Shown piece after piece: positions 30,401 to 35,630 of a DNA stretch of 55,414 nt; the stretch's first letter is position 1; each line of letters opens with the position of its first letter. The notes under the pieces were generated by a model. The model was not told the origin of the DNA. It saw only the letters and a program-made list of their open reading frames with translations, and searched no databases. The stretch spans positions 1 to 55,414 of the IMG/VR virus record IMGVR_UViG_3300020733_000020. One strand, given 5' to 3'. Made by a program: the position numbers and the translations under genes. Origin of the DNA: a virus (taxonomy: Duplodnaviria; Caudoviricetes).

Positions 30401-31895
30401 AATTTTAGGGACATCATTAGGTGGCACAACACCAGCTAACGATTTATCTATAGTAGTAACTAATATCAATAATGGTATAATAACCGGAGTTAAAGCTTCT
30501 GGAACAACACTATACGGAAAACAGATAACAACTATTAAAGGCACACCAACTGGTTTAACATACACAGTTACAGCTGGTACAGGAAGTATATTAAACTATG
30601 TTGCTCCGCAAGTATATCAAATATCACAAACTGATGGATCAACAACATTTACATTGACTACTACAAGTGGGCAAGCTCTTGTAACTACTCCTGGAATACC
30701 TGCAGATGGTAATACTATTAGCACTGGATTGCAAATGTCATTAAATTCAGGAAGTGTTACAGGATACGGAAATACAGCAACAAGTCAACAAAGTTATTAT
30801 ATTGTTAACACTAATGGATCTACAAGATTTACATTGTCAACGACTCTAAACGGTGGACCAATTTCTACCACATTTGGAACAATGAATGGTCAACAATATT
30901 CAGTGAGTGCCGCAACAATTAATAATTATGTAAATCCAACTAACTATTTCGTTGTTGCTACCGACGGCTCGTCGACAATAACATTATCTACAAAATTAGG
31001 CGGAACTCCGGTTAATTCTGTAATAGGAACTGCTAGCGGATTGTCAGCAAATATTATTGATAGTGCAATAACTTTAAGCAGTACAAGCGGATTATCAGCA
31101 TTGCAAAAAATTACAATTCAAGGCAATGGTGGTGGTGGACTAACAGCCGGCACATATTATGTTGTTAACCCAAATGCTGGAAATAATCAAATTACACTAG
31201 CATCAACATTGGCATTAGCACAAGCTGGTAAATCTATTAACACACTAACTAGTGCAACATTATCAAATACAACCTATACTTCGGGAGGTCAAGAAATTAG
31301 TATTGGATTTATACCAGCTAATGCTGATCAGATTGAAGTATTTGTTGGCGGATATAATACATTAGAGTGGACAGCTAATACAGGATATACAGTCGGAACC
31401 ATTGTATCAGTTGGGGCATACACTTATAGATGTACAACAGATCACACTAGTTCAGCAGAATTTGGTAAAGATTTAGCCAACTGGTATTTCTTTGTTGAAA
31501 ATATTCGTCTAAGAAAATCAGCTTACAGTACATTTAATGTAAACCAAGCACCATATAGCCCTGCAGGCGACGTTAGTTTTATTCCTGATTTTATAGTTGA
31601 CGGAACAAGATCAGTGGTAACATTAACAACTCCTTTAGCACTTGGAACACAAGTTACTGTGGTTAGAAAAACAGGAACACAGTGGGACGGTAACAAATAT
31701 CTTACAACAGTAGATTCGACTAAAGCTCCATCGGTAAATATTTTAAATGATAATTCTGCGATTGCTAATTTTATTAAGTCAGTACCTGGTGTTTGGTATA
31801 CTGAGTATAAACAAATAAGTAATAGTATGGCAGGAACATTTGATGCCAGCTCCACTACTTTTGACATCAACAACATAACATTTGATCAAGGATAA
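15411..31895 (+). CDS. Giant virion structural protein (5494 aa), probable baseplate wedge (gp7-like) scaffold with accessory domains
   Basis: Uninterrupted 16.5-kb ORF coupled to gp6 (TAATG). Thr/Ser/Gly-rich beta repeats, CBM5/12-like W...Y..G..V.Y.G..Y modules, FG-GAP-like propeller repeats, and VKPYRTKIRE. Confidence 0.75.
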   Translation: MATNGNIPTGNTGLGVNFLPDFYQTPANKKFLQATLDQLYQPGTVTKTSGFIGRENAKAATGTDVYVQAASTVRQNYQLEPGMVIKDNLGNVTFFKDYQDYINQLNVFGANTKDHARLNAQEFYSWDPHIDWDKFVNFQDYYWMPYGPDVIRIYGQQQNAVSTYTVEIQSESNVNEYLFTPNGLDLNPTIKLYRGQTYNFVINSPSNVFSIKTTRSIGSSDRYATGITNNGITDGVITFAVPVDAPDLLYYQSETDSYLGGAIEIFDYLENSSIDVENEFLGKKTYTLSNGTAVSNGMKVQFGGNVTPAEYATGSYYVEGVGTAIKLVPSSQLEIVTSYTTNNPINFDATSFDVSPFDDATGFASIQDYIVVNRASRDHNPWTRYNRWFHKDVVIASASYNKDVPVLDQTARAVRPIIEFQADLKLFNMGTTAIVDVDLVDTFTTNVFSTIEGSRGYNVDGVQLIHGQKILFLADTDPLVQNNIYEVGIVNVRGYNQITLTQIVTPELNQSTLVLQGDKNKGLMYWYNGTTWTTGQQKLSTNQPPLFDIVDSNGISYGDTNTYIGSSFVGTKLFSYTVGTGSNDIILGFPLSYQNVSNIGDIAFQFDLATDTFNYKLNSQLMTVKVASGYLLSFDYSGNEVFVNGWQTCTTPTVQAAVRIYKNSGKTNDFAIDVYDDISNLSDLIVKVYVNGIRLDPSRWTLVAGAAYYEIVLNNDIATTDVLTIRTFAAQPINTNGYYEIPVNLQNNSLNSNIVSFTLGEVTDHVNSIIDNLPSNLFTGAFPGDSNIRDLGNITQYGTKFIQHSGPLSLAMYHIGSETNNVIKALETARDDYNSFKRNFILTASNLGVDGTTVQLVELILQKINKDKPSTAPYYFSDMVPYGANTTTDLTVVDYRIKTYPLTNVFSLDTLSSKAVGVYHTSNKVKVQLVYGRDYTFNSQGFIEITSAVNLINGDIITTIEYDSTDGCYVPATPSKLGMYPAYIPQIYLDTTFLNPINVIQGHDGSIIAAYNDYRDQLILELETRIYNNIKVKYDPTIFDITDTIPGYSRNNPYSLTEFNNIISPSFFQWAGLVGIDFTQQLTYDRSNSFTYNYSGDSAPDGTSTPGFWRGVYRWMLDTDRPHLCPWEMLGFSVQPSWWTSVYGPAPYTSDNLVLWSDLSTGTIRQPGMPLTIVKKYARPFLLNNIPVDEDGNLLSPIRCGLAKGIVTPSTGNNFVFGDVSPIESTWRRSSYYPFSLIITAMLTTPAKTFGLLLDRSRISRNKAGQIVYTDNLHIQPSEILIPSIYSSTTRVQTAGIVNYIVDLILNIIFSNNQDSYNAYQSDLKLITPQLSYRVGSFTNQDQFNLLLESKTPSATGSVFVPKESYQIFLNSSSPTQKITYSGVIITKLSTGYEVKGYSKTQPYFSYYNYLESGVDINVGGISESFVEWTPGQQYIVGQIVHYGNSYYRTVTKNTAGITFTASYYAYLKALPIVGGVTATFRNAWDTTTIKVAPYGTQFTTIQEVVDFLLGYEQYLNKQGFIFDDFNEKLNSIANWSTSAKEFMFWTTQNWYGSDQTWSDWLPGQVYPYGSIVRYNGNYYSSQFNIPSQDYFDIDQWILLAGLSNVGSSVISLSPAANGVTFITDQTVVDNISNPFNRYEIFKVDGTPFQPSQLDSYRENNTVTYSPRSADGIYCASFYLIQNEHVVVIDNTDIFNDVIYNPPSGYRRERIKISGYITEGWYGGLDIPGFIFDGAKVQSWQPWQDYNMADIIAYQGNYYSANKFIAGTANFDSTQWTRLKNQPSAKLLSNWTNTATQFIDFYSLDIDNFNTQQQVFAQHLIGYQKRQYLDNIIQDPVSEFKFYQGMIREKGTQNVLNHLFNVLSNDGAESLTFYEEWAIRVGQYGAANAFENFEVVIDQNQYKNNPQGYYLTLSNNKNVSSVINQVTPNDVYLKPLGYNSKPFPELLNSNSILRSAGYVNPIDVTYNIGSFDHIYDTDASGNLLYPVTGIGNGQCIWTAFGTNTWNVYRFTDLLIRILNVTYSTDTKIITVTAQNLVPLKVGDWIGITQVSSIQGFYKITSVTLNVFTIVSPKTLIVPDPFTQANEVVVYALTPQRTSSMDTLDTLLLSHLTPNALVWTDDAGNNNWAVWKYNPIYTTQAIPNYTPGTDFNFGISLSVNRQSSILAVSNSQGTVDIYDKVGTSIKWEARGHLLEPFISKNGPLTASQVATVSAISADGTWLVTGSPLAGHARTNYKGNYQTSSTYAVNDIVSVQTVTNGVVTNCSYYQASQPVPTNTSTTNTNYWYKINYIPIVNQEYGADSALTAQGVISIYKIDSANNYNLIDTIVSPIPSANEQFGSSFVFGNNTLYVSATGYNNNAGRVYKLSYKTTVEITTQYNPVGSLNSTIIVTSNSGIRAGMIVQGTGFTKGQTVISVGADGVTVNLSGTPDTGVIPAGTLSFVTIGWAYDWSENYVISGTTALGTSLVINDDYNTLAITAVGKIYLYKNTGNGLTLLSTLSGSDTYFGKAVAVSPTGTYIAASDDTSGNTSQQGGVTVYSYSNGSYSKYQTLVNHRPETDGLFGNKLSFMDESTIVVYSKNGDNTITTSFDSFETNLSDSQELYGNQYVNDQTSAATTPTTFDKKSTNFTTVEVNSGRVDIYDRYNTNWVFSESITSSNLPSDGYGTGFAVGNSQIIVSAPTASDQNLASGLVYSYGKMQNTYSWSIYEQQDSVADISKIKKAFLYDRSLGKLITYLDVVDPLQGKIPGPAQEEITYQTFYDPASYSYSDGTVNVTVNTNEYWDTAPVGKLWWDLRTSKFLENNFGDPAYRNFAWNTLAQGASVDVYEWVSTNLLPSNWDTQADTPAGLAQGISGTSLYGNSAYSITQTYDNISKTFRNTYYFWVKNRKVVPANLSGRNMAANDVALLIANPRAQGYTCLAITGVDSFSLVNAAQYLKVTDVVLSIEYWTIDKNDQNVHSQWKLISNDTLVDLPKPIEQKWFDSLCGIDLGGRAVPDPALPVKLRYGVENRPRQSMFVNRIEALKEFIEKVNATLITYQTTELKDISPLEKFDPIPDPIYGLYDKSVDTYEELVYASVGYFSTPVLTPIITNGVITGITVVSSGTGYVYAPYITITGSGTGAVVRSTINTLGQITGATIISGGTGYTNSTACVIRNYSVLVKSDSTSSDAWSIYNYDVTSKQYVKVLTQSYNVNNYWSYKDWYGSATNPTTGKILFTATQFTAPDITVNNFVDLNTAQDIFFQTARNGTAGTGQIVKVLNGNKGKWVLLYRYSTVVSVDWTQSYQVVGIQDGTIQFNTNLYAFAGTSIGYDSSIFNTSNFDVQANAELRIILNTLKNNILIGDLKQQYLDLFISSIHYAHSEQIYVDWAFKTSFVRATHNVGQLSQPVNYPVDNLRNFQDYVAEVKPYRTKIREYISQYKGVPQTDGADWAYSGISDFDLQPNYTNNQIKPIETQYTNNSISVVDPAIQTYPWKFWADNVGFSIIEIKIVNGGSGYISAPLVVIDQPTGPNAVAATATAYVTNGSVNRIILTNVNSYGAAGSGYLSAPSIVLNGGLSNGGVAGTAIAVIGKGAVRSNLTEMRFDRVNQTYYLANLQQIDTFTGTGSLLQFSLTWAPDIRAGQSSATVNDIPVLRELYTLTVVSKIVDGYTQYTGKITFVTAPAVGSTIVVTYNKSPTVLTAVDRIQYYYNPITGQLGKNLSQLMTGVDYGGVTVSGLGFDVAGGWGTAPYLADAWDSRPATFNDYAVQVSSNTHVFTLPFTPPKNTQINIYFSRQITKSYTSDGVSTQYEYDLTLRNISVNVVTTTTATAVTTTYVSSEIFNGSTVNSGGYTLIVSSTAGIVPGMVVGGTGFTKRQKVVNIVNSTILTINNVADGVPSGSITFSNLAGGAVLTVASTAGLVVGDVVTASSANGTIFAYGTTITAINSATSVTLNQIIYTTIPVGTTITFTKNLVEPTDVIINASGTIELAQTYVSGSIINIIGQQPPVRLDDPYYGLVATSNWANNTVYAINSLVLVDSISYVCQTAHTSASTWPTDFAKGYWKAVNTNAIIPTPIIGVSVIANVVDGGSTGGAGATIAITFNGVDDGGSVGGASVTFTSVIDGGIIDDNPTNVIEIPASFTVLDGDEFILRESTSDGSVPTTDANYDTIMDGGNLAYSTATGIAADDILVDGDGFVTPTSSPAPEEVVPGQVVDALAIKVYDKSQSGAAAIKAISQVTDGTTSTYSIGQTPNSPRAIIVKLGNTIKTYGVDYTVNYSQGTITFISTTVVNGITQTVATAPTAGQLVVIFSIGFNGNNILDLDYFVGDGVTTEFITRASWSDSVTSLVYVDGQVVPVELFKTDNKYTFPNAIGIQLQNAPKAGQLINFIIVSGNQQTFAITKTETIIPTGAKTYTLQYPIGKTLPNESNMIVRVNQSILNTPINNYFTIANNQLTYTVDPAKALPYSTNSSSVQVYAGGNLLLPSSDYFVDPTGISVTINKNVYAFYQNEQLIVSIITNEGYSYDPVTGQITFASAPAINSTVEVISNYVQDTLNIQRTEIQYSSTYSLTPGTIAFFQYNALGGGLVKLDRPVIDTNYVWVTKNQTLLSPGVEYKLNDDLQSLRLTKPLASSDVLEIITFDSNVLPSSGISYMQFKDMLNRVTYKRLNANKRTTLVQDLNWNDTQIAVSDASQFDQPNAAGNRPGVIEIRGERIEYFAIDYNTNTLSQLRRGTLGTGIYNTNKIGSFVQNISASENIPYVDTITTDTIKSPGGGVPRVTGSVLATTSSVSQAIGSFSITSTTGQLAVKTGSYYIGQVVSITGQPAHATLNGVVSLGTGGQFYCLPSLVTLAVGQSVNITNKTATLYLSGIAITGTSGQFSCTASPAPLIPGQQVTLLGLTNVVHTLSGVSITGTSGNFNCNPSSIVLAVGQTVTISGQAGGNGSIVGYTSPTTYTINSTDGRSIFSLITAPATFTNISATTVTGFGSGARFTILAANTVYTVTVVSGGSNYAVNDTLTILGTSLGGTTPANDLSIVVTNINNGIITGVKASGTTLYGKQITTIKGTPTGLTYTVTAGTGSILNYVAPQVYQISQTDGSTTFTLTTTSGQALVTTPGIPADGNTISTGLQMSLNSGSVTGYGNTATSQQSYYIVNTNGSTRFTLSTTLNGGPISTTFGTMNGQQYSVSAATINNYVNPTNYFVVATDGSSTITLSTKLGGTPVNSVIGTASGLSANIIDSAITLSSTSGLSALQKITIQGNGGGGLTAGTYYVVNPNAGNNQITLASTLALAQAGKSINTLTSATLSNTTYTSGGQEISIGFIPANADQIEVFVGGYNTLEWTANTGYTVGTIVSVGAYTYRCTTDHTSSAEFGKDLANWYFFVENIRLRKSAYSTFNVNQAPYSPAGDVSFIPDFIVDGTRSVVTLTTPLALGTQVTVVRKTGTQWDGNKYLTTVDSTKAPSVNILNDNSAIANFIKSVPGVWYTEYKQISNSMAGTFDASSTTFDINNITFDQG

Positions 31896-31900
31896 GAATT

Positions 31901-34270
31901 ATGACACAACAGCTAATCAGCGTAGGTCAGTTAGCAAACGACGGTACAGGCGATACTCTTCGTAATGCCGGTTTAAAAATAAATGATAATTTTACAGAAT
32001 TGTATGCTAACATTTACAAATTACCTACAGCAAGTACAAGTGTACTCGGCGGTGTAAAAGTAGATGGAAGTACTATTAATATTAGTAATGGTGTTATAAG
32101 TGCAATAGCTACGACAGCCGCCGCCAATACATTAACAGGCACAACGTTAGCAAATGGAGTAGTCAATAGCAGTTTAACTAGTGTTGGCGTATTAACTAGT
32201 TTATCGGTTACTGGTGCAACTACACTATCGAATTCTCTTACAGGATTATTAAAAGCCACTAGCGGATCTGTGTCAACAGCAACAGCAGGAACTGATTATT
32301 TAAATACCAATAGTTTGAGTGTTCAGATAGCTTACCCTAGCGGTAACGGCAGTTTAAGTTATGCTAATAATGTGTTTACCTATACTCCATATAGTTTACA
32401 AAAAGCTACAACTAGTACATTAGGTGGTGTTATTGTCGATGGAACTACTATTACTATTAATAACTCAACAGGGGTTATTAGTGGTGCTGTTGCCTATTCA
32501 TTGCCAACTGCGACGACTAGCATATTAGGAGGTGTTATTGTCGATGGTACAAGTATTACTATCAACGGTAGTGGTGTAATTAGTGCAGGTGTCAGCGGAA
32601 CAGTTGTATTTAAAGGCACATGGAATGCCAGTACAAATACTCCAACATTGGCTAGCGGCTCAGGCACACAAGGTTGGCAATATGCTGTCAATGTAGCCGG
32701 CACACAAAATTTAGGCAACGGAACACAAACTTATAACGTTGGCGATTTTGTAATTTATGATGGTGCTAATTGGATTGATATTTCAGGTTCAACCGGAGTA
32801 GCAACATTTAATTCTCGTAGTGGTGCAGTTACACTAACCAGTACCGATGTTACAACTGCATTAGGATTTACCCCAATACAAAAAAGTAGTTTAAGTGTAG
32901 CAACAACTACAGCCAGTGGCGGCGGAACATTAAGTTATACAAATGGTACATTTACGTTTGCTCCAGCAGTTATTCCTACATACACAGTATCAACTAATAC
33001 AGCCAGTGGCGGTGGCAGTTTATCATTAAATGGGACAACATTTACATTTACTCCAGCAGTGCAATATACATTGCCAACAGCAACTACAAGTACACTAGGT
33101 GGTATAAAAATTGATAACAATACTATTGTAATCAACAATGGTGTTATTAGTGTAGGCGGCGCATTAACTAGTGCTACAATATTTAAAGGTTCATGGGATG
33201 CTAGTGCTAATAATCCAAATTTAAGTGCTACTACTCCTGCAGGAGTCCAAGCAGGTTGGGAATATATTGTTAGTGTTGCAGGAACAAGGAATATTGGAAC
33301 CGGCGGAACTAGCACAACTTACAATGTAGGTGATTTGGTAATCTATGATGGCACTAAGTGGGCACAAATTCCAGGAAGCAATGCTGTACAATCATTTAAT
33401 ACACGATCTGGGGCCATTACATTAACCAGCGGTGATGTTACAACTGCATTAGGATTTACACCTATAAGTTCATTAAGTGTAACTTCAAATAGTGCTAGCG
33501 GAACTACAAGTACCTTAACTTACAATGCTGGTGTGTTAACATTTACTCCGGCAAGCGCCTCTAGCATACTAAGTGGGGTATCGATAGTTAGCAGTCATGG
33601 ATTCACTGGATCAAACGATCAAACTGGTGCAATTACACTTTCAACAAGTGTTACTGGATTATTAAAAGGCAATGGTACTAGCATATTGGCAGCAACAGCT
33701 GGCACTGACTATCAATCACCTGTAAGTGCTACTGGTCTACTAAAGAGCAATGGTACAAGTGGTAACGTATCGGCCGCAGTTGCCGGCACCGATTATTTTG
33801 CTCCAGCTAGTACAACAGCAAATTATGTGTTAGCTTCTCCAAATGGATCAGCAGGCACTCCGACATTCCGTGCATTAGTGAATGCTGATTTACCGACTAC
33901 AATAACGGCAACAGCCGCAACCGCTACAACTACAAGTACTGCCGCAAGTTTAGGCTACATTGGTATGCCACAACAAAGCAAGTCAAGTGCTTACACAACT
34001 GTTATTGGCGATCAAGGTAAACACATTTATGTAACTTCTACAGCAACTATTACTATTGACTCTAACGCTAACGTAGCATATCCGATTGGAACAACTATTG
34101 CGTTTATTGCTGGCACTGGTGCAACAGTTACTATTGCTATTACATCAGATACAATGTACTTGGGTGGTACAGGTACAACAGGAAGTCGCACACTAGCACC
34201 ATACGGTATGGCCACTGCGGTTAAGGTTGCAGCCACAACATGGTTTATTAACGGAACAGGATTAACATAA
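31901..34270 (+). CDS. Tail fibre protein with a T4 gp9/gp10-like N-terminal anchor
   Basis: ISVG..ANDGTGDTLR.AG.KINDNFTELY; four LP.A.TS.LGG...DG-type repeats; duplicated FKG.W.AS.N.P.L module. Confidence 0.75.
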   Translation: MTQQLISVGQLANDGTGDTLRNAGLKINDNFTELYANIYKLPTASTSVLGGVKVDGSTINISNGVISAIATTAAANTLTGTTLANGVVNSSLTSVGVLTSLSVTGATTLSNSLTGLLKATSGSVSTATAGTDYLNTNSLSVQIAYPSGNGSLSYANNVFTYTPYSLQKATTSTLGGVIVDGTTITINNSTGVISGAVAYSLPTATTSILGGVIVDGTSITINGSGVISAGVSGTVVFKGTWNASTNTPTLASGSGTQGWQYAVNVAGTQNLGNGTQTYNVGDFVIYDGANWIDISGSTGVATFNSRSGAVTLTSTDVTTALGFTPIQKSSLSVATTTASGGGTLSYTNGTFTFAPAVIPTYTVSTNTASGGGSLSLNGTTFTFTPAVQYTLPTATTSTLGGIKIDNNTIVINNGVISVGGALTSATIFKGSWDASANNPNLSATTPAGVQAGWEYIVSVAGTRNIGTGGTSTTYNVGDLVIYDGTKWAQIPGSNAVQSFNTRSGAITLTSGDVTTALGFTPISSLSVTSNSASGTTSTLTYNAGVLTFTPASASSILSGVSIVSSHGFTGSNDQTGAITLSTSVTGLLKGNGTSILAATAGTDYQSPVSATGLLKSNGTSGNVSAAVAGTDYFAPASTTANYVLASPNGSAGTPTFRALVNADLPTTITATAATATTTSTAASLGYIGMPQQSKSSAYTTVIGDQGKHIYVTSTATITIDSNANVAYPIGTTIAFIAGTGATVTIAITSDTMYLGGTGTTGSRTLAPYGMATAVKVAATTWFINGTGLT
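32846..33459 (+). repeat. Exact 26-bp direct repeat within an internal duplication of the fibre gene
   Basis: GATGTTACAACTGCATTAGGATTTAC at 32846-32871 and 33434-33459. Confidence 0.85.
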
Positions 34271-34271
34271 C

Positions 34272-34955
34272 ATGACTGGTATAATGATGCATAACATGAG
34301 CCACAAAAGATCTAGTGGCGGCACATTGGCTGGTAGTTTAAGTTTTCCCGGTGGAGTTGCTGGTACACGTATGTTAGATCTATCTACGGGATTTACGTTG
34401 GGCGGCGGATCTTACACTGTTGAAGGTTGGTTCCAATTACCTAACTTTACTGGTCAATATGCTATGTTTGGCGCCAATGCCAGTGCAGGTGATGGCACAG
34501 GCATGATGAACTGGATTGTAAGTAGTTCAACTTTAATGTTCTCAGACAAGAACGGTGGCGGCGGTAGTGTCAGTTATACTGTACCAACAATGTCAGCTAA
34601 CACTTGGTATCACTTTGCCTTGACTCGTAACGGTACGACCGAAGCATTGTTCCTTAACGGTACACGAGCAGGTTCAACACAAACAAATGCCCTTAATTAT
34701 ACTGCCGCTACAACACGTATAGGTATGAGTTATGTGCGTAGCTGGCCAGGACTAATGACTAATTTTAGAGTTGTGGTAGGATCTTTTGTTTATGATCCAA
34801 CACTTACCAGTATTACTGTTCCAAATGCTCCGTTAACAAGTATAGCAAATACCAAATATTTGATGTTAGGTGCAAGTGTAACTACAGATTCCAGTGGTAC
34901 CAATACAGTGACTAATACAGGTTCTGTAACAACTTCAGCAAGTAAACCGTTCTAA
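34272..34955 (+). CDS. Concanavalin A-like lectin/LamG domain protein, putative receptor-binding accessory
   Basis: YTVEGWF; NTWYHFALTRNG....LFLNG; G.MTNFRVV.G. Confidence 0.75.
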   Translation: MTGIMMHNMSHKRSSGGTLAGSLSFPGGVAGTRMLDLSTGFTLGGGSYTVEGWFQLPNFTGQYAMFGANASAGDGTGMMNWIVSSSTLMFSDKNGGGGSVSYTVPTMSANTWYHFALTRNGTTEALFLNGTRAGSTQTNALNYTAATTRIGMSYVRSWPGLMTNFRVVVGSFVYDPTLTSITVPNAPLTSIANTKYLMLGASVTTDSSGTNTVTNTGSVTTSASKPF

Positions 34956-34983
34956 TAGATTAAACTAGCAGATAATGAAACCA

Positions 34984-34991
34984 GCTAAATA
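34984..34991 (+). promoter_or_regulatory. Late promoter-like motif (GCTAAATA)
   Basis: Intergenic TAAATA 20 nt upstream of the ATG at 35012. Confidence 0.55.
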
Positions 34992-35011
34992 CAAGATAAA
35001 GAGAGTTAATT

Positions 35012-35620
35012 ATGCAGACTAAAGACGCAACAGGAATTCACGTAGAAGGGCATATCAAGATTTTTGATCCCGTTTCTAAGGAGGTTTACATCAATAAGCG
35101 TAACGCTATCCATTATGAAAACATGAGTGTAGCACTAGCTAACACTATGATTAATAATGGACAAGGTTTTATCTATCAAATGGCATTTGGTAACGGCGGT
35201 ACAAGTATTGATCCTACAGGAATTATTACATATCTAACTCCAAATACAACAGGAACTAATGCTAGTTTGTACAATCAAACATATCAAAAAGTTATTGATG
35301 GAACTTCTAGCACTAACACAGATCCAACACGTAATTTTACAGAAGTTCGACATGTTACTGGACAAAATTACAGCGATATCTTTTGTACTTGTTTGCTAGA
35401 CTACGGCGAGCCTAGTGGACAAGCCGCATACGACACAACAGTTAACGGTGAAACAACATTTGTATTTGATGAATTAGGATTGCAAAGCTACAGTTCTTCA
35501 GGACAAAATTTACTATTGACACATGTAGTATTTCATCCCGTGCTAAAAAGTTTAAATCGTCTAATTCAAATCGATTATACGGTGCGTATTCAAAGCCTTA
35601 CTGGCTTAGTAAATGTTTAA
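35012..35620 (+). CDS. Virion structural protein (baseplate/fibre-attachment-like)
   Basis: GHIKIFD; MAFGNGG; FDELGL; THV.FHPV.KSLNR.IQIDYT.RI; located within the tail module. Confidence 0.6.
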   Translation: MQTKDATGIHVEGHIKIFDPVSKEVYINKRNAIHYENMSVALANTMINNGQGFIYQMAFGNGGTSIDPTGIITYLTPNTTGTNASLYNQTYQKVIDGTSSTNTDPTRNFTEVRHVTGQNYSDIFCTCLLDYGEPSGQAAYDTTVNGETTFVFDELGLQSYSSSGQNLLLTHVVFHPVLKSLNRLIQIDYTVRIQSLTGLVNV

Positions 35621-35630
35621 GGAGTAATAG

